A stretch of 64,000 nucleotides of DNA from the human T2T-CHM13v2.0 reference genome, Homo sapiens: the NCBI RefSeq assembly GCF_009914755.1, contig NC_060926.1; one strand, written 5' to 3'. Position numbers and translations under genes: made by a program. Of the stretch, positions 39,596 to 52,444 are shown one piece after another. The first letter of the stretch is position 1; the number at the start of each line of letters is the position of its first letter. The notes beneath the pieces were generated by a model that did not search any database, had not been told where the DNA came from, and worked only from the letters and a program-made list of their open reading frames with translations.

Positions 39596-41479
39596 AGGGA
39601 GGTGTAATATTTATAGAGAGATTTTGTTTCCATTCCACTGGGAGGACGGAGCATTCCTTCTTCTGTGAGTGGGGTGCTCTCTCAGCTACTGTTACTCCTA
39701 ACTCTCCAGTAAGGTGAAAGGTATAGAGCTTCCTGACTATCCACAGAGCCAAGGCAGCTACTTCTGCTGTTCCTAGAATCCCACAGCTAGACCCTTTTTT
39801 ATTTGTTTATTTGGGGTAAGAAAATTGTTTTAGATTATCACTCTTCTCTATTCTGATTCTTGGCATTAGTTCTGCCAGCCTTGCTTTCAGTATGCCAAAC
39901 TCAGTTTTAGAAATTCCAAACGAAACGTTTTTTCTCTCAATAAAGCCTATCATTTGGAAATCAAAAGCACTGTAACTTTCAAGCTATTGTTTGCAGTTTG
40001 GGCTTCTGAAAGCCTAATTAGGAGCTCAAAAGCCAGAATGCCTGCACCTGTATGTGAAGGAAATGTTGTTACCAGAACAATGGGTACAAGGAAGCATGTA
40101 AAACAATATCTTATTTAATACCATAAAATGTTATCCTGGGCTACTACAACTGACTCACAGAGCTCTGGTGGGGCATAACCAAAACCCAGACCCCATTGTT
40201 CTGCCTTCAGCCCAGGCATTTTTTTTTGTTTGTTCGGTGATTGTTGTGTTCTATGTCACTACATTACTTCTCTCAAACATGATCTCTAACTCTTTGTTTT
40301 AGACTTGACAAGACCACTTATGTAAGAGGCTTAGTACTCATCTTTATGACAGAAACTATTATATCAATTTAAAATGTAATCATTTTTGTAAACAGAATAA
40401 TATTTTCATATTGCTGAAAACCAATATTGAAATTGAAAGCTATAGAAAACATCTCAATATAATTGTAGCCTGAAGACTTTCAGTAAACAAACTAAATAAA
40501 TAAATAGGTTAAAACTCTCCTCTGCCTTTTGTTAGTGGTGTATAGTCTGCAAAAATTACCTCCTTTCTATAAAAATGAAACTAATAATGCTTACCAGAAA
40601 AAAAAATCATATTTCTAAGGTACTTTTGACAAGGGTCTGGCTAACCGAAACTAATTTTTTAAACTGATACAAATAGAATATTCTGAAAAAGAATCTCAAA
40701 TTTGTAAAAAGTCATTTACTTTGACTTTTGTATTTAAGTGTGTATTTAAATATTGTCTCAGTTTAAAGATTTACTATAAAAAGAAATTTTTTTCATAGTA
40801 GTAAAAATAATAAGTGGTAATACTCAACTTATTAATATTGTAATCTCTACTACTCTTAAACATTATTTGAAGTAGATGATGACAATACTGTTCAATTATC
40901 CATGTGAAAATTCAAGCATTGTACTAACAGACACACACAAAAACCGGATTCCTACATCATATACTTCACTTGAAGAAGACATTTGAATGTTAGTATCATA
41001 AAAACATATTATGCTTTGCCTAAAGGCATCTAAGAAGTTTTTGATGTCTGAGCATTATGTAAATGATTTTTCTAAATATCTATTGTGGGTTTTCCTATTT
41101 GTTTTAATGTCAAATTGGATTTCACGATGCCCAGTAGGAAACTGAAGTTTTTAAGCCTGTAAACTATAATCATTTTTTATTTCATATCATTCTTCCATTA
41201 CATAAAATGACATATACAACTACTTTCAAGTATGTGTGTGATTTCTGTATCTTTGTATATTCTTTCTGTTTCCAATAACTGTAAAATTTATTTAAAAGTG
41301 ATAAAACATATTCAAAATGTTAATAAGTCCTGGGCTTCCTTAAATGTAGTAAATTCCAAACATTTATATTGATTAAAACCCCTCTATCATTAGAGATGTA
41401 TATTAAAAAAATGCAATCTAAATAAAGATAAGTCTGGAGCCTTACAAAATATTAGTTAAAATGCACTGAATATCTTTAG

Positions 41480-41705
41480 ATATACTTTCCATCTTTCTTT
41501 ATCCTGCTCTGTTCTATAAAAGACTGACCCATAGAAACTGCATCCAACTGTTTCATTGCCTTCAGATTTTCTATTGGTTTTGGCCAATGGGTAGCCCCAG
41601 ATGGAAATGGGAATGTAAGAAGTGAATGATGTCAGCACGTTTTCCCTGTTCTCTTACTATCTGATTGTCATTTGATTGTGCTCCTTTACTGAAGGTCATA
41701 CTATT
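41480..41705. mobile_element. LTR33-like ERVL fragment
   Basis: ttgccttcagattttctattggtttttggccaatgggtagccccag. Confidence 0.5.
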
Positions 41706-42349
41706 GCATTATTTAGACTCCAAATTGTTCACTTATAACTGGAATGTTCTTCTATTATTTATCTTTCCACTTTTCTGGAATTTCTTCAACAACTGACCTC
41801 ACTCCCATGACGTTAAAGTTTCCTAACAGCTAGGATTAAATATTGACTTAGAGTAATTAAAAGGGTGGTACTTCCTGAATAAATATAACTTTAGGATTAT
41901 AGATAAGATAGGTCCCTTGAGATACCTAGACTTCTTTAATTTCCAGCAAACTAGTAAAGATTATGAAAATGTACATTGTAAGACTGTGAAGATAGCTAGA
42001 CAAAAGCAGTCTCCAACAAATCTAGATTTTTCTATAATCATGACACTAACTGTTCTAAGTAGTCAGCAGTACTGAAAATCCTAATAATACGGAATTTAAG
42101 GTACTCAAACATGTTAATGGGTTATGACCAGAGCTGAAAATTCATTTTGAAAAATCAAAGCTGTAAGACCCTCTCCCTGGTATGTTCTCTTAATACAATA
42201 TAAAAATCACATCACTCTAAAGTTTGTCATTTCTACACCCTCTTGTATTTAGCAGATCAGACACCTGATAATAAGTTTGATAATAAGAGACTCTAACTCT
42301 CTTCATTGGCGTTTCTTACCTCCAATCTCACATAACTTCAATATCTTCT

Positions 42350-42833
42350 CTTAAATGGTCACCAGAGTGCTTTTTCTAAAACAAAATTGTCCATAAGACT
42401 TGCAGTAGCTCCCAGTCCCTATAAAGTTTGAGACCCTGATCCAATGCTCCCCAACACACTAAGCTATTTCAACTTCTTCATATTCTCTTGCTATTTCAGG
42501 TTTCTCAGGCTTTGATAATGTCATTTCCTCTGCCATAAATGTTTCTCCCTTTCTTGTCTACCTGCTATACACACAATCACTTTTCAAAATTCAGCTCTCA
42601 TTTTGACAACATGACTGCTTTTTAAATTGTTACTATATCTTGCCCACAATGAAGAAATATATATCTGTTTTAGTGCCTAACCACATTTATTTATAATTTT
42701 ATTTATTACATTGTGTTTCCCTCTACTGGACTGTGAGCTCCTTAAGGGTAGAGGCTGTACTTACTCATCATCATCTCTCCTACACTAGCTCAGTGACTGA
42801 CATTAGAAACACAATACTGAATACTGAATGAAT
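42350..42833 (+). mobile_element. L2 3' fragment
   Basis: ctactggactgtgagctccttaagggtag ... actgaatgaat tail. Confidence 0.8.
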
Positions 42834-42949
42834 GGTGATGGAACTTCTGGGGCAGGTCTGATCTCCATCATTCTTGCTCCCTAGATGTACATTTAGTCTA
42901 GTTCATTGAGCAGACATTATTTTAAGATTTGAACTAAGCTAAAAGATGA

Positions 42950-43567
42950 CTGTAAAAAGAGAAGGAAAAGAAATCCTTCTTCCTTACAAAATAATTCTAA
43001 ATTATGTATAAATAATTTTATATATAATGTTACCATGTACCAACTACATGTACTAGTGTACATGTTACAACTAGTGTTACCATGTGCCAATATTACATGT
43101 TACATGCTACCAATACATGTTACAACTAGTGGGTAAAAGTTTAAGAGAAACAGCATACTTGTATTGTCTCAAAGTATCTCTCCCCAAATATTGATTAATT
43201 ACCAAGGGAAAATAGTAACTTTACAGTGAAGAAACCTGGCAGACACCATCTATACTGACTTACCATTATTCGTGTGAACTCATGTCAATGTCACGTACCC
43301 CAATATGATGCAATGAGGATACTTTACTTTTGTGAAAATTTCCCCCAAAACTCATAACCCCAGTTTAACCATGAGAAAACAGCAGACAACCTTGATTTGT
43401 GGGACTTTCTACAAGATACTAAACCATCACCTTTCAAAAGTGTCAAAGTCATGAAAGACAAGAAAAGATCAAGGAACTGTCACAGATTAGAAGAGACTAA
43501 GAGACATAAATGCTATGTGGAATTCTGGAATAGAAAAAGGGCATTGATAGAAAAACTGGAGATATCT
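42950..43567 (+). mobile_element. L1MC 3' UTR fragment (resumes at 44680)
   Basis: gtaactttacagtgaagaaacctggcagacacc, aaagtgtcaaagtcatgaaagacaag, aggaactgtcacagattag. Confidence 0.75.
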
Positions 43568-44679
43568 TTGAGAAGAAAATCTAGGAAACACTATTTTGGA
43601 CATTGGCCTTGAGAAAATTTATGAGTAAGTCCTCAAAAGCAATTGTAACAAAAACAAAAATTGACAAGTGGGACCTAATTAACTAAAGAGTTTCTGCACA
43701 GGAAAAGAAACTATCAGCAGGGGAAACAGACAACCTAAAGGATGGGAGAAAATATGCTCAAACTATGAATCCAACAAACATCTAATGTCCAGAATCTGTA
43801 AAGAACTTAAACAATTAAGCAACAACCAAAAAATTTCACTAAAAATGAGCAAAAGACATGAACAGACACTTCTCAAAAGAAGACATACAAACAGCCAACA
43901 AACATGAAGAGCTGCTTCACATCACTAATCATCAGAGAAATCCAAATCAAAAGAACAATGAGATACCATCTCATACCAGTCAGAATGGCTAGATTAAAAG
44001 GTAAAAAAAGACAGAGGTTGGCAAGGCTAGAAAGAAAAAGTAATGTTTATACATTGTTGAGGGGAATGTAAATTAGTCCAGCTACTGTGGAAAGCAGTTT
44101 GAAGCTTTCTTAAAGGACTTAGAACTACCACTTGATCCAGCACTCCCTTTACTTGGTATATATCCAAAAGAAAACAATTAATTTTACCAAAAAGACACAC
44201 AAACTCGTATGTTTATTGTAGCACTATTCGCAATAGCAAAGACATGGAATCAACTTAATTGCACATTAGTAGTGGATTTGATAAAATGTGGTACATATAC
44301 ACCACTAAATACTATACAGACAAAAAAGAATGAAATTATGTCCTTTGCAGCAACATGGGTGCAGCTGAAAGCCATTATCCTAAGCAAATTAACGCAGGAA
44401 CAGAAAATTGAATACAGCATGTTCTCACTTATAAGTGGAAGGTAAACATTGGGTACTCATGGACATAAAGATGGCAGCAATAGACACTGAGGACTACTAG
44501 GAAGGTGAGGGAGACAAGGGCTGAAGGACTAACTGTTGTGTACTATGTTCAGTACCTGGGTGATGAGATCATTTGTACCCCAAACCTCATCATCACACAA
44601 TACACCCAGGTAATACACTCAACATACCAAAACCTGTACATGTACCCCCAAATCTAAAATAAAGGTTGAAAAATAAAAA
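43568..44679 (+). mobile_element. L1PA16/L1PB-type 3' fragment nested in L1MC
   Basis: ORF2 3' region and 3' UTR; 18-bp TSD gaaaaactggagatatct/gaaaatctggggatatct. Confidence 0.88.
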
Positions 44680-44949
44680 GAAAATCTGGGGATATCTGAA
44701 TGAATTCTGTAGATTGGTTAAAAAATAAAAATAATCATAGAAATAATCATTATTCTTTCTAGACAAAAATAACACCAAAAATATTTTTATTTTTTCCAAG
44801 AAAAATGTACATCTATAGATTAATTTCAGCCAAAGCTATTGTTTTCCTTTTATTTTGACCCATATTGATTCAGTTTCATGAAAAACTTTCACTAACATAT
44901 CAAAAGTTTTGATAGTTTTACCTGTTTCCATGAAAAGCCATTATTTATT

Positions 44950-45540
44950 TTATACTTACTTGCCAGATTATGCTAAGTGCTTTACATTTATTAACTCAAT
45001 TAATCTTGACAACTGTTTCAAAAATAAGAAAACTAATATTAAAGTAGAGTGATACGGTTTGGCTCTGTGTTCCCACCCAAATCTCATGTTGAATTGTAAT
45101 TCCCAATGTTGGGGAAGGGACCCAGTGGGAGGTGATTGGATCATGGGGGCAGATTTTCCCCTTGCTATTCATGTGATAGTGAGTGAGTTATCATGAAATC
45201 TGGTTGTTTAAAAGTGAATAACACTTCCCCTTTTGCTCTCTGTATATTGCTCTGCCATGGGAAGACATGCTCGCTTCCCCTTCTCCCTCCACCATGATTG
45301 TAAGTTTCCCGAGGTCTCCCAGCCATGCCTCCTGTACAGTCTGTGGAACTCTGAGTCAATTAAACCTCTTTTCTTCATAAATTACCCAGTGTCAGGTAGT
45401 TCTTTATAGCAATGTGAGAATGAACTAATACAGAGAAGAAAGTGACTTGTCCAAGATTTCACAGTCAGTAAGTAGTAGAGAATACATTTTAACCGTGACT
45501 TTGGACTCCAAAGCACATGCTTTAAAGCTTTATCCTATGC
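44950..45540 (-). mobile_element. MIR split by the MST LTR
   Basis: gctaagtgctttacatttattaactc ... aagtgacttgtccaagatttcacag...gactccaaagcacatgct. Confidence 0.7.
45050..45432 (+). mobile_element. MaLR solo LTR (MSTA/THE1D-like)
   Basis: tgatacggtttggctctgtgttcccaccc ... ctttatagcaatgtgagaatgaactaataca. Confidence 0.88.
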
Positions 45541-47559
45541 TTCACCCTTCAAAACTCAACAGCCTGAAGTTCACTTTTATAAGAAATATCTGAAGCTTAA
45601 TTCGGTAAATAAAATTTAAGCCATGACAGCTTTCTTGACACTTTAAGAACTGTCTTATAAATCTATAAAATTGTTGATGTACATTTCACTAGTTCTCCCC
45701 CAAACTCATGGCACTCTACAAAAATATTTCAATGAAAAAAATTTAATTTTTTTCAAGATTTATTATGCTCTTCACTTGTATAATGTACAGATTTCCAAAC
45801 AGAACACTGCATTTTAGGTAGGGGTGTTCATTTAAAAGTCCTTAACAATTTATTTTTATGTGGAAAATGGATGATCTTCACCTGCACTCTCAGTATACGT
45901 GAAAGATTTGTATAACTTTGAAATTGCTTCTGGAGGGTTTCATTTTTGAAATTGAACAATAGTCTTCTGCAGTCACACCCTCTGAAAACCTGCCAATTTC
46001 CATTGAACTGATAGCACTTTATCCGTGTGTATTCTCAGATTGCTGAGCTAGAGAGACTGTTGATGCAGAACCAGCATGGCAAGTCTCTGTTCCAACAATT
46101 CTTGCCACAGACTGCCTTTTACAGAAAAGCCACTCTCAGAATTATTTTAGCCCTGTTATGGAAAAGATACTCAATGAGAGAACGTCTTTTGTTGTTCGGT
46201 TGTGATAGGCGCTTTGCATTTTAAAGCATGATGACATTTTCTCAAATCACATTATGTCAGGCCCAAGCGTATAGGTGCCTTGCTTAGCTTTGCTTTTTTG
46301 TTAAGCCCTATCAGCAAGCCTGAGTAAATTCTGATACAGGATTTTGAAGAGAGTTAATAAATTAGCATTCTAGTGAAAGACTGCAAATCATAATTTTCAA
46401 ATAAAAAGTTTCCTTTGTCAAAAATCATTTTAGACAATTTATTTTTTACTCTATTAAGAAAATAGGACTGTAATTCTATTTGCAATGCAATGTCTTTGTT
46501 CTATTTTTGTATTTTAAGTATGTGAGACTTCAAATGAAAAAAATATCTTCTTATCGCAGCAGTTTTTCAAGCAAGTAAAACTGCTTCAAGCAAATTTTCT
46601 AGGCCTGAAAGCTCTGTGGCAGAAGACCATACCTCAGGAGTCTATTCCTGGACATTAGATTGGGCCTTTCCATGAAGCTGAGTGTTAGCTCCTGTCTTTT
46701 GGTCATGGCTGGACTCCATATAAGGTATTCATTCACTATCATCTAGAGTGCACATGAACTGGAACAAGAAGCAGAAATGTGACCCTTGATTAAGATCTGT
46801 GCTTTCTCTCATTACTCGTGTTAAGTAGGGCTCTTCTATTCCAAGTATTATTTATGTCCTGCAATTGTTGTAGAAAAATGGCCCTTTCACTCTTAGCAAC
46901 AACATGGAACTTAACAAGTGGTAATTTAATAGATTGGAGAGTAAAAATATAATTTGAATGGGTGCAGAGTCAGGTCTTTTCAAGTTGAAAAAGCATCCTT
47001 TTTCAGGATCAGAAGAAAAAATTGAATAATGAAGTGAATTCAAGTAAATTGATACATGAGTTGAACACACTTCTAACAGAAGACTTTTGTGGGCAAAGGT
47101 AGGAAATAGGAAGTTGTGACAAGGAAACTTAACAGAATGGATCCAAAGTTCATTTGGAAAAATAACTTTGAGAGAATAGTGATGAAACCTTTGAAAGGGG
47201 GAGAAAATAATAAAGGAGAATTTGCCCCAGTAGATATTTTAAACAATGATAGTTTGAGATAATTAATAATGTTCTATTGCAGAAATACACTGACTATTAA
47301 ATGGGAAAGGACTACCGCTAGCCCACATGATGCCCAATTCTTTCCAAGGAAGCTCTGCAGGTGCTTGGCTAGGAGCCGAAGATGCCTTTGTAGTTAGAAA
47401 AGATATCCCTTTCTTCTTGCTCGCAAGCTCCATTGGCTTGGCTGGCAAAAGAGCTTGGCTGGATTTTATTCTGCACTGGACCTTTTTTAGGTGTCTTACT
47501 GCATTTTGCATGCTGTTTGACCACACCTGGAAGTTCTGATTGAACAGACCCTGTTTTAT

Positions 47560-48240
47560 ATCTAAGTTAACATATGATAAAAATTACTGCTAAAATCACT
47601 GGACAAAGAATGGATCTATTCAATATGTGGTGTTGGACACCTAGGTCATTATTCTGGGGGAAACAAAAGCCCTATCTTTAGATTTCACATCAGAATAAAT
47701 TGAAAAACGAAAACTACAAAATACTAGAAGAAAATATTGCTAATTAGTTTGGGTGAAATGTCATTATATTTTTTAAAAACTCAAGAAATCATAAACCGAT
47801 TACATTTAAAGAAATTCTACATAGTTTTAAAATAGAACAAAATAATTTAATTATTTTAATTAAGTTAATAAGACAAATACCCGTTTTTTGGCTAGAGGTT
47901 AATATATTTACCTCATACAGAACCTTTAAAAATCAATAAGAAAAAGAAAAAATATATGAAACAATAGAGAAAAGAGAAAAATGTACAGAATATATAAATA
48001 GCCACCTCACAAAAGAAAATATAAACGGTTATTAACTTTATGAAAACTTATTCAGTTTTATTAACAGTGAAAGTAATAAAAATTAAAGCGATTGAGCTGC
48101 TAATTTTTCACTAAGATTATTTGAAAATTTAAGTGTTTGGAGAAAAAAAATTAAGGGCCAAGATGGAATAGTTTACATGATGTCATTTAGGTAAACGAAA
48201 AATGCATATGAAAATAAATATTTTGAAAGAATACTTACAA
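47560..48240 (+). mobile_element. Old L1ME fragment
   Basis: tggatctattcaatatgtggtgttggacac, aaactacaaaatactagaagaaaat, aaaatcaataagaaaaag; a further piece lies at about 47130-47260. Confidence 0.6.
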
Positions 48241-48255
48241 AAAAGTAGTAGTATG

Positions 48256-48549
48256 GGCCGGGCGCAGTGTCTCACGCCTGTAAGCCCAGCACTTTGGGAG
48301 GCCGAGGCGGGCGGATGACGAGGTCAGGAGATCAAGACCATTCTGGCTACGGTGAAACCCCGTCTCTACTAAAAATAAAAAATAAAATAAAATAAAAAAA
48401 TTAGCCGGGAGTGGTGGCGCGGCGCCTGTAGTTCCAGCTACTCAGGAGGCTGAGGCAGGAAAATGGCGTGAACCCGGGAGGCGGAGCTTGCCGTGAGCCG
48501 AGATCGCGCCACTGCACTCCAGCCTGGGCGACAGAGGGAGACTCCGTCT

Positions 48550-48580
<31 letters not shown>
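48256..48580 (+). mobile_element. AluY with an uninterrupted A30 tail
   Basis: atggcgtgaacccgggaggcggagcttgc; TSD aaaaagtagtagtatg/aaaaaggagtagtatg. Confidence 0.96.
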
Positions 48581-48582
<2 letters not shown>

Positions 48583-49635
48583 AGTAGTATGTACGTTATA
48601 CTTCCACATGAAAAAAATGGAAAGAAAATTGTTAAGTGTCTGTGGGTGCTGGGTAATGCCTTTCCTCTACTCCTGGTTTCCATGCAAAAATATTTTACTG
48701 GGTCTTTACTTACTTGCCCTTGGAGAGATGTTATGACATTTGGTAGATAAACTTAGGAATAAACTTGGGAAGAATTGCTGGGCATGCCAGGCTCAACTAC
48801 CTTTCTCTCTCTTTCATTCTTTGGAATAGAACTCAAAAAACAATTTAAATCCTTTTTCAAAGGCACTGTCTCCTTTCAGGTTAGAAGGAGGCCAGGAACT
48901 ACGTTGACTGAGGCTGCTGTTTCAGTTCTTTGCTTTTGGATCTACCAATTCAAATCCGTTATCTGTCAATCATAGAGTAATATTTTGCTCTCATTTTTTT
49001 GGTCAATTTATTCCCCACCCAGGCATAAAGAAGGGATACTATTTATCCGGGTCTCTCAGAGGCCTCAACAAACCTTGGAGCATATAGAGAAAATGTGAGC
49101 AATAGGTACTTTTGGTGATGGGAATACAGGTGATATTTATTTCCCTTTTGCAGTTGCCCTCCTATTTTTTTTTCTTTTTTTGCAATGGTCATGTTTCATG
49201 TTCTTAATCAAGAAGATCAAAATAAAGCGATTCTTTCAGAATGACAGATAAAATGATAGAGGTTTGAAGGTAAATGTAACACAGTAACTTTGGAACCCAG
49301 AGCCCCTAGGAACTCATAGGATATTTGGCCACTGTTACACATGACAAACAGAAACATGACCCCCTTTCAAATCACATGACTGAAATTTGAATTTCAGTCT
49401 TGGTTTTCATTACAGTTTTTAAAAAGTTGTCAAATACTTTAAATGTTGGTTTTGCAGAAATATAGGGCTAAACAACCAGCATATTTTTTGTGTGCTTTTG
49501 CAATAATCAGAAATAAAATTGGTTTTCTTAAGGTAAGTAACAGGTCGTTTTTTTGTCTTAGCCAAAGTTCCCTTAGTTAGGGTAAGAGAAACTTAATTCT
49601 GGTTTGAGCAAGAAAATTAATTTAAAAATACTGGA

Positions 49636-49966
49636 GGCCAGGCGTGGTGGCTCACACCTGTAATCCCAGCACTTTGGCAGGCCGAGGCGGGTGGATCACG
49701 AGGTCAGGAGATTGAGACCATCCTGGCTAGCAGAGTGAAATCTTGTCTCTACTAAAAATACAAAAAAAAAAAAAAAAAAAAAAATAGCCGGGCATGGTGG
49801 CGGCCGCCTGTAGTCCCAGCTACTCGGGCGGCTGAGGAAGGAGAACGGTGTGAACACGGAGGCGGAGCTTGCAGTGAGCCAAGATCGCACCACTGCACTC
49901 CAGCCTGGGCGACAAAGCAAGACTCCGCCTCAAAAAAAAAAATAAATAAATAAATAAAAATAAAAA
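49636..49966 (+). mobile_element. AluY with an expanded middle A-tract
   Basis: gagaccatcctggcta; TSD aaaaatactgga/aaaaattactgga. Confidence 0.95.
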
Positions 49967-51229
49967 TTACTGGAAAGCTGCTGAGTTTCTATCAGGGTCT
50001 ATATGAACCTATGATGAATGTGAAGAACTTTCAAATGGAAATCTGAGGTATTTGCAGTAGGTAAAATTAGGCGTATTTGTCATCGTAGTGCCCTGCTAGG
50101 CTTCTGCAACCCTTTTCTTTGGCATCTCCCTTCTTCACTTCCTGGGGCATGCCATAAATTTGTTTTAAAATCTTGTTCCATTTGGTTCTATTGTTTTTAA
50201 AAACTTGGTTCTGACACTCTTGAGATTTTTATACCTCTAAGCCATTTCACAAAGAAGATCATATCAAAAGTCAGGTTATAAAAATTACAAAGCAATAGCA
50301 AGTTTAAAGACTTTAAACAGTGGGAGAAAATATAAAAGTGAGTAATCTTTAGCACTGTATGTAACGATTGGAAAAAGACAGTTATGAGGACTCATCTATC
50401 TTCATTTATCCATTCATGATGGATGTGCTTTGTAGCCATATTTTTTTTTCCCTCTTTAGGATCTTCCAAGTCTTATGGATAGGAAAGACAGATCTCTAAA
50501 GAGGCTATGATATGCCTTTAGGAAACTGAGGATGAGGCCGGAGTAGTAAATAACTCTTACTTAGAAGGAGTATATAGGGTCTCATCCCTGAGAACATGGG
50601 AGTTAGTTATGTAAATGTTCAGATGATTTTCAACATTGTATATGGTAAGGAAGAATTTTTTAAAAAGACCTTCTTACAGGTACTAGAGGCAAATGAATGA
50701 GAAATAAGTACATGCTATGGGATTTTCCATTATTTCACAGGATGGAAAGTTTGATCTCTGTAGCCTGATTTTGTTCTTTGGCCTTGAACTTGTTCAAGTT
50801 GAATTGTGTGTCCTGAACACTGATCTAGTTGTTCACAAACTAGGGTCAGCCAACTGTAGTGGTATGTTGATGTATTCTTGGGAATCGAGAGTTCTTTATT
50901 ATAATCTTTTAATATTATGGCTAAAAAACCCAAAATATCTATGTGTAAATATATAATGTAAGCATGGATTCGTTCATCTCATCAACCTCCTTATTCCTAA
51001 ATACTGGACTACCATTTGTTTTATTTTTATAATCACATTGATACCAAGTGATCATCTAAATGACATTATTTAATTTTTAATGATTGTTCATAAATTAATT
51101 GCTTAAGAGTTATTTACAGAAAAAAACTAGCATTTGTCCTGAGATTAATATTTTTAATATAATTATTTTTATGTGTGCTTGACTATTGTGATAAAGAGAA
51201 AAACAGTTAAAAGAGGACCCCAGCCAAGT

Positions 51230-51400
51230 TATTATGAGGACTGATTTCTGATATTAGCTTTAGTACCTCCAAACCATGAGATTTGGGGAAAGTCACTTAA
51301 GAGCCCTAGACTTCAGTTACCTTGTATTTAAAATAAGGGAGTTCAGCTGGAACTAGTTAATCTGTAAACATAGTTTCCATTTCAAAAATTGTGAAATGAT
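51230..51400 (+). mobile_element. MIR fragment
   Basis: atttggggaaagtcacttaa...cttcagttaccttgtatttaaaataaggg. Confidence 0.65.
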
Positions 51401-52444
51401 GCCTTTTTAAATGGAAAAAGCATTAAGGAGAAGAAAACTGATTCAGTTACAGGGTCTTTGGGGGAAAATTTCTAGCACCACCCTCTCTCCTAATTACAGT
51501 AAAACATGGTGGGATATAAGAACCAAATATTTATTGAGTATTTTCTCTGCGCCTATCACAACTCTATTTTAACTCCTGTAAATGTGACTGTGACTCCGTG
51601 AGCTAGATTATAGAATTCCTGTTGACAGTTATAATTGGTAGGCACAGAAAGCGTAAAGATGGAGTTTGGAATGGAATCTGGCCTGTCTGACTCTAAGCCC
51701 TGGATCCACTGTAATACATTATAACTGCTAGCTTTGCAAAATGCCTTTTTCCTTTTCTCATCTATTTTCACACTCAAACTAAAATTTAGTAAACTAAATT
51801 CTGAGCAGCAGAAAAAATTTTAGTAAAGGTCCTCTCATCCTTGAAGAACTTCTTATATAAGGATACTCCTTCTTGCTCCCTTTCCCACGCAGAACTTTAC
51901 CAAAGGTCAGTAAGAATGGGCTGTTGTGTTTTCTCTCAAATCCTATACAGAAGTCCTTAATTCCGAGGTAAACATCTGAATGGAACAAATGAGTATGATC
52001 TGGGGGTTAAGGCAATTTTCAAGTGTGTGTATGTGTGTGTCTGTTTTAAGGCATAACAAAGTCCAGAGATTAAGGCCGAGTTAAAAAACAAATGAGGACA
52101 AACCAATGAGGACAAACCAGTCCGCTGAGGTGCGGCCAGAGCAGCAGCAACTGTGGCTGCTTTCTTGATAAAGGCTGTGAAGACGGCACGTTTTACTCTT
52201 ATTCGTGTATTTCTTTTGACACTTTACCCCTCTATGAAGCCTCAGAGGTGTTTTAAAATTGTGTTAGGAAACACACAGAGATAAGAAAAGGCAAATGGTC
52301 CTGATCTAGTGTCTCAGGGAAGAGGCTGGAAAGGAAACGCGGCGCGAGTGGGGTGGGAGAGGGGGCCTGTGGTTTTGCTTCTGTCCGGGCTGAAGACTGA
52401 GTAAGGTAGGGCCCCTCCTTCTGCGGATGGGTTTCTCTCTCATT

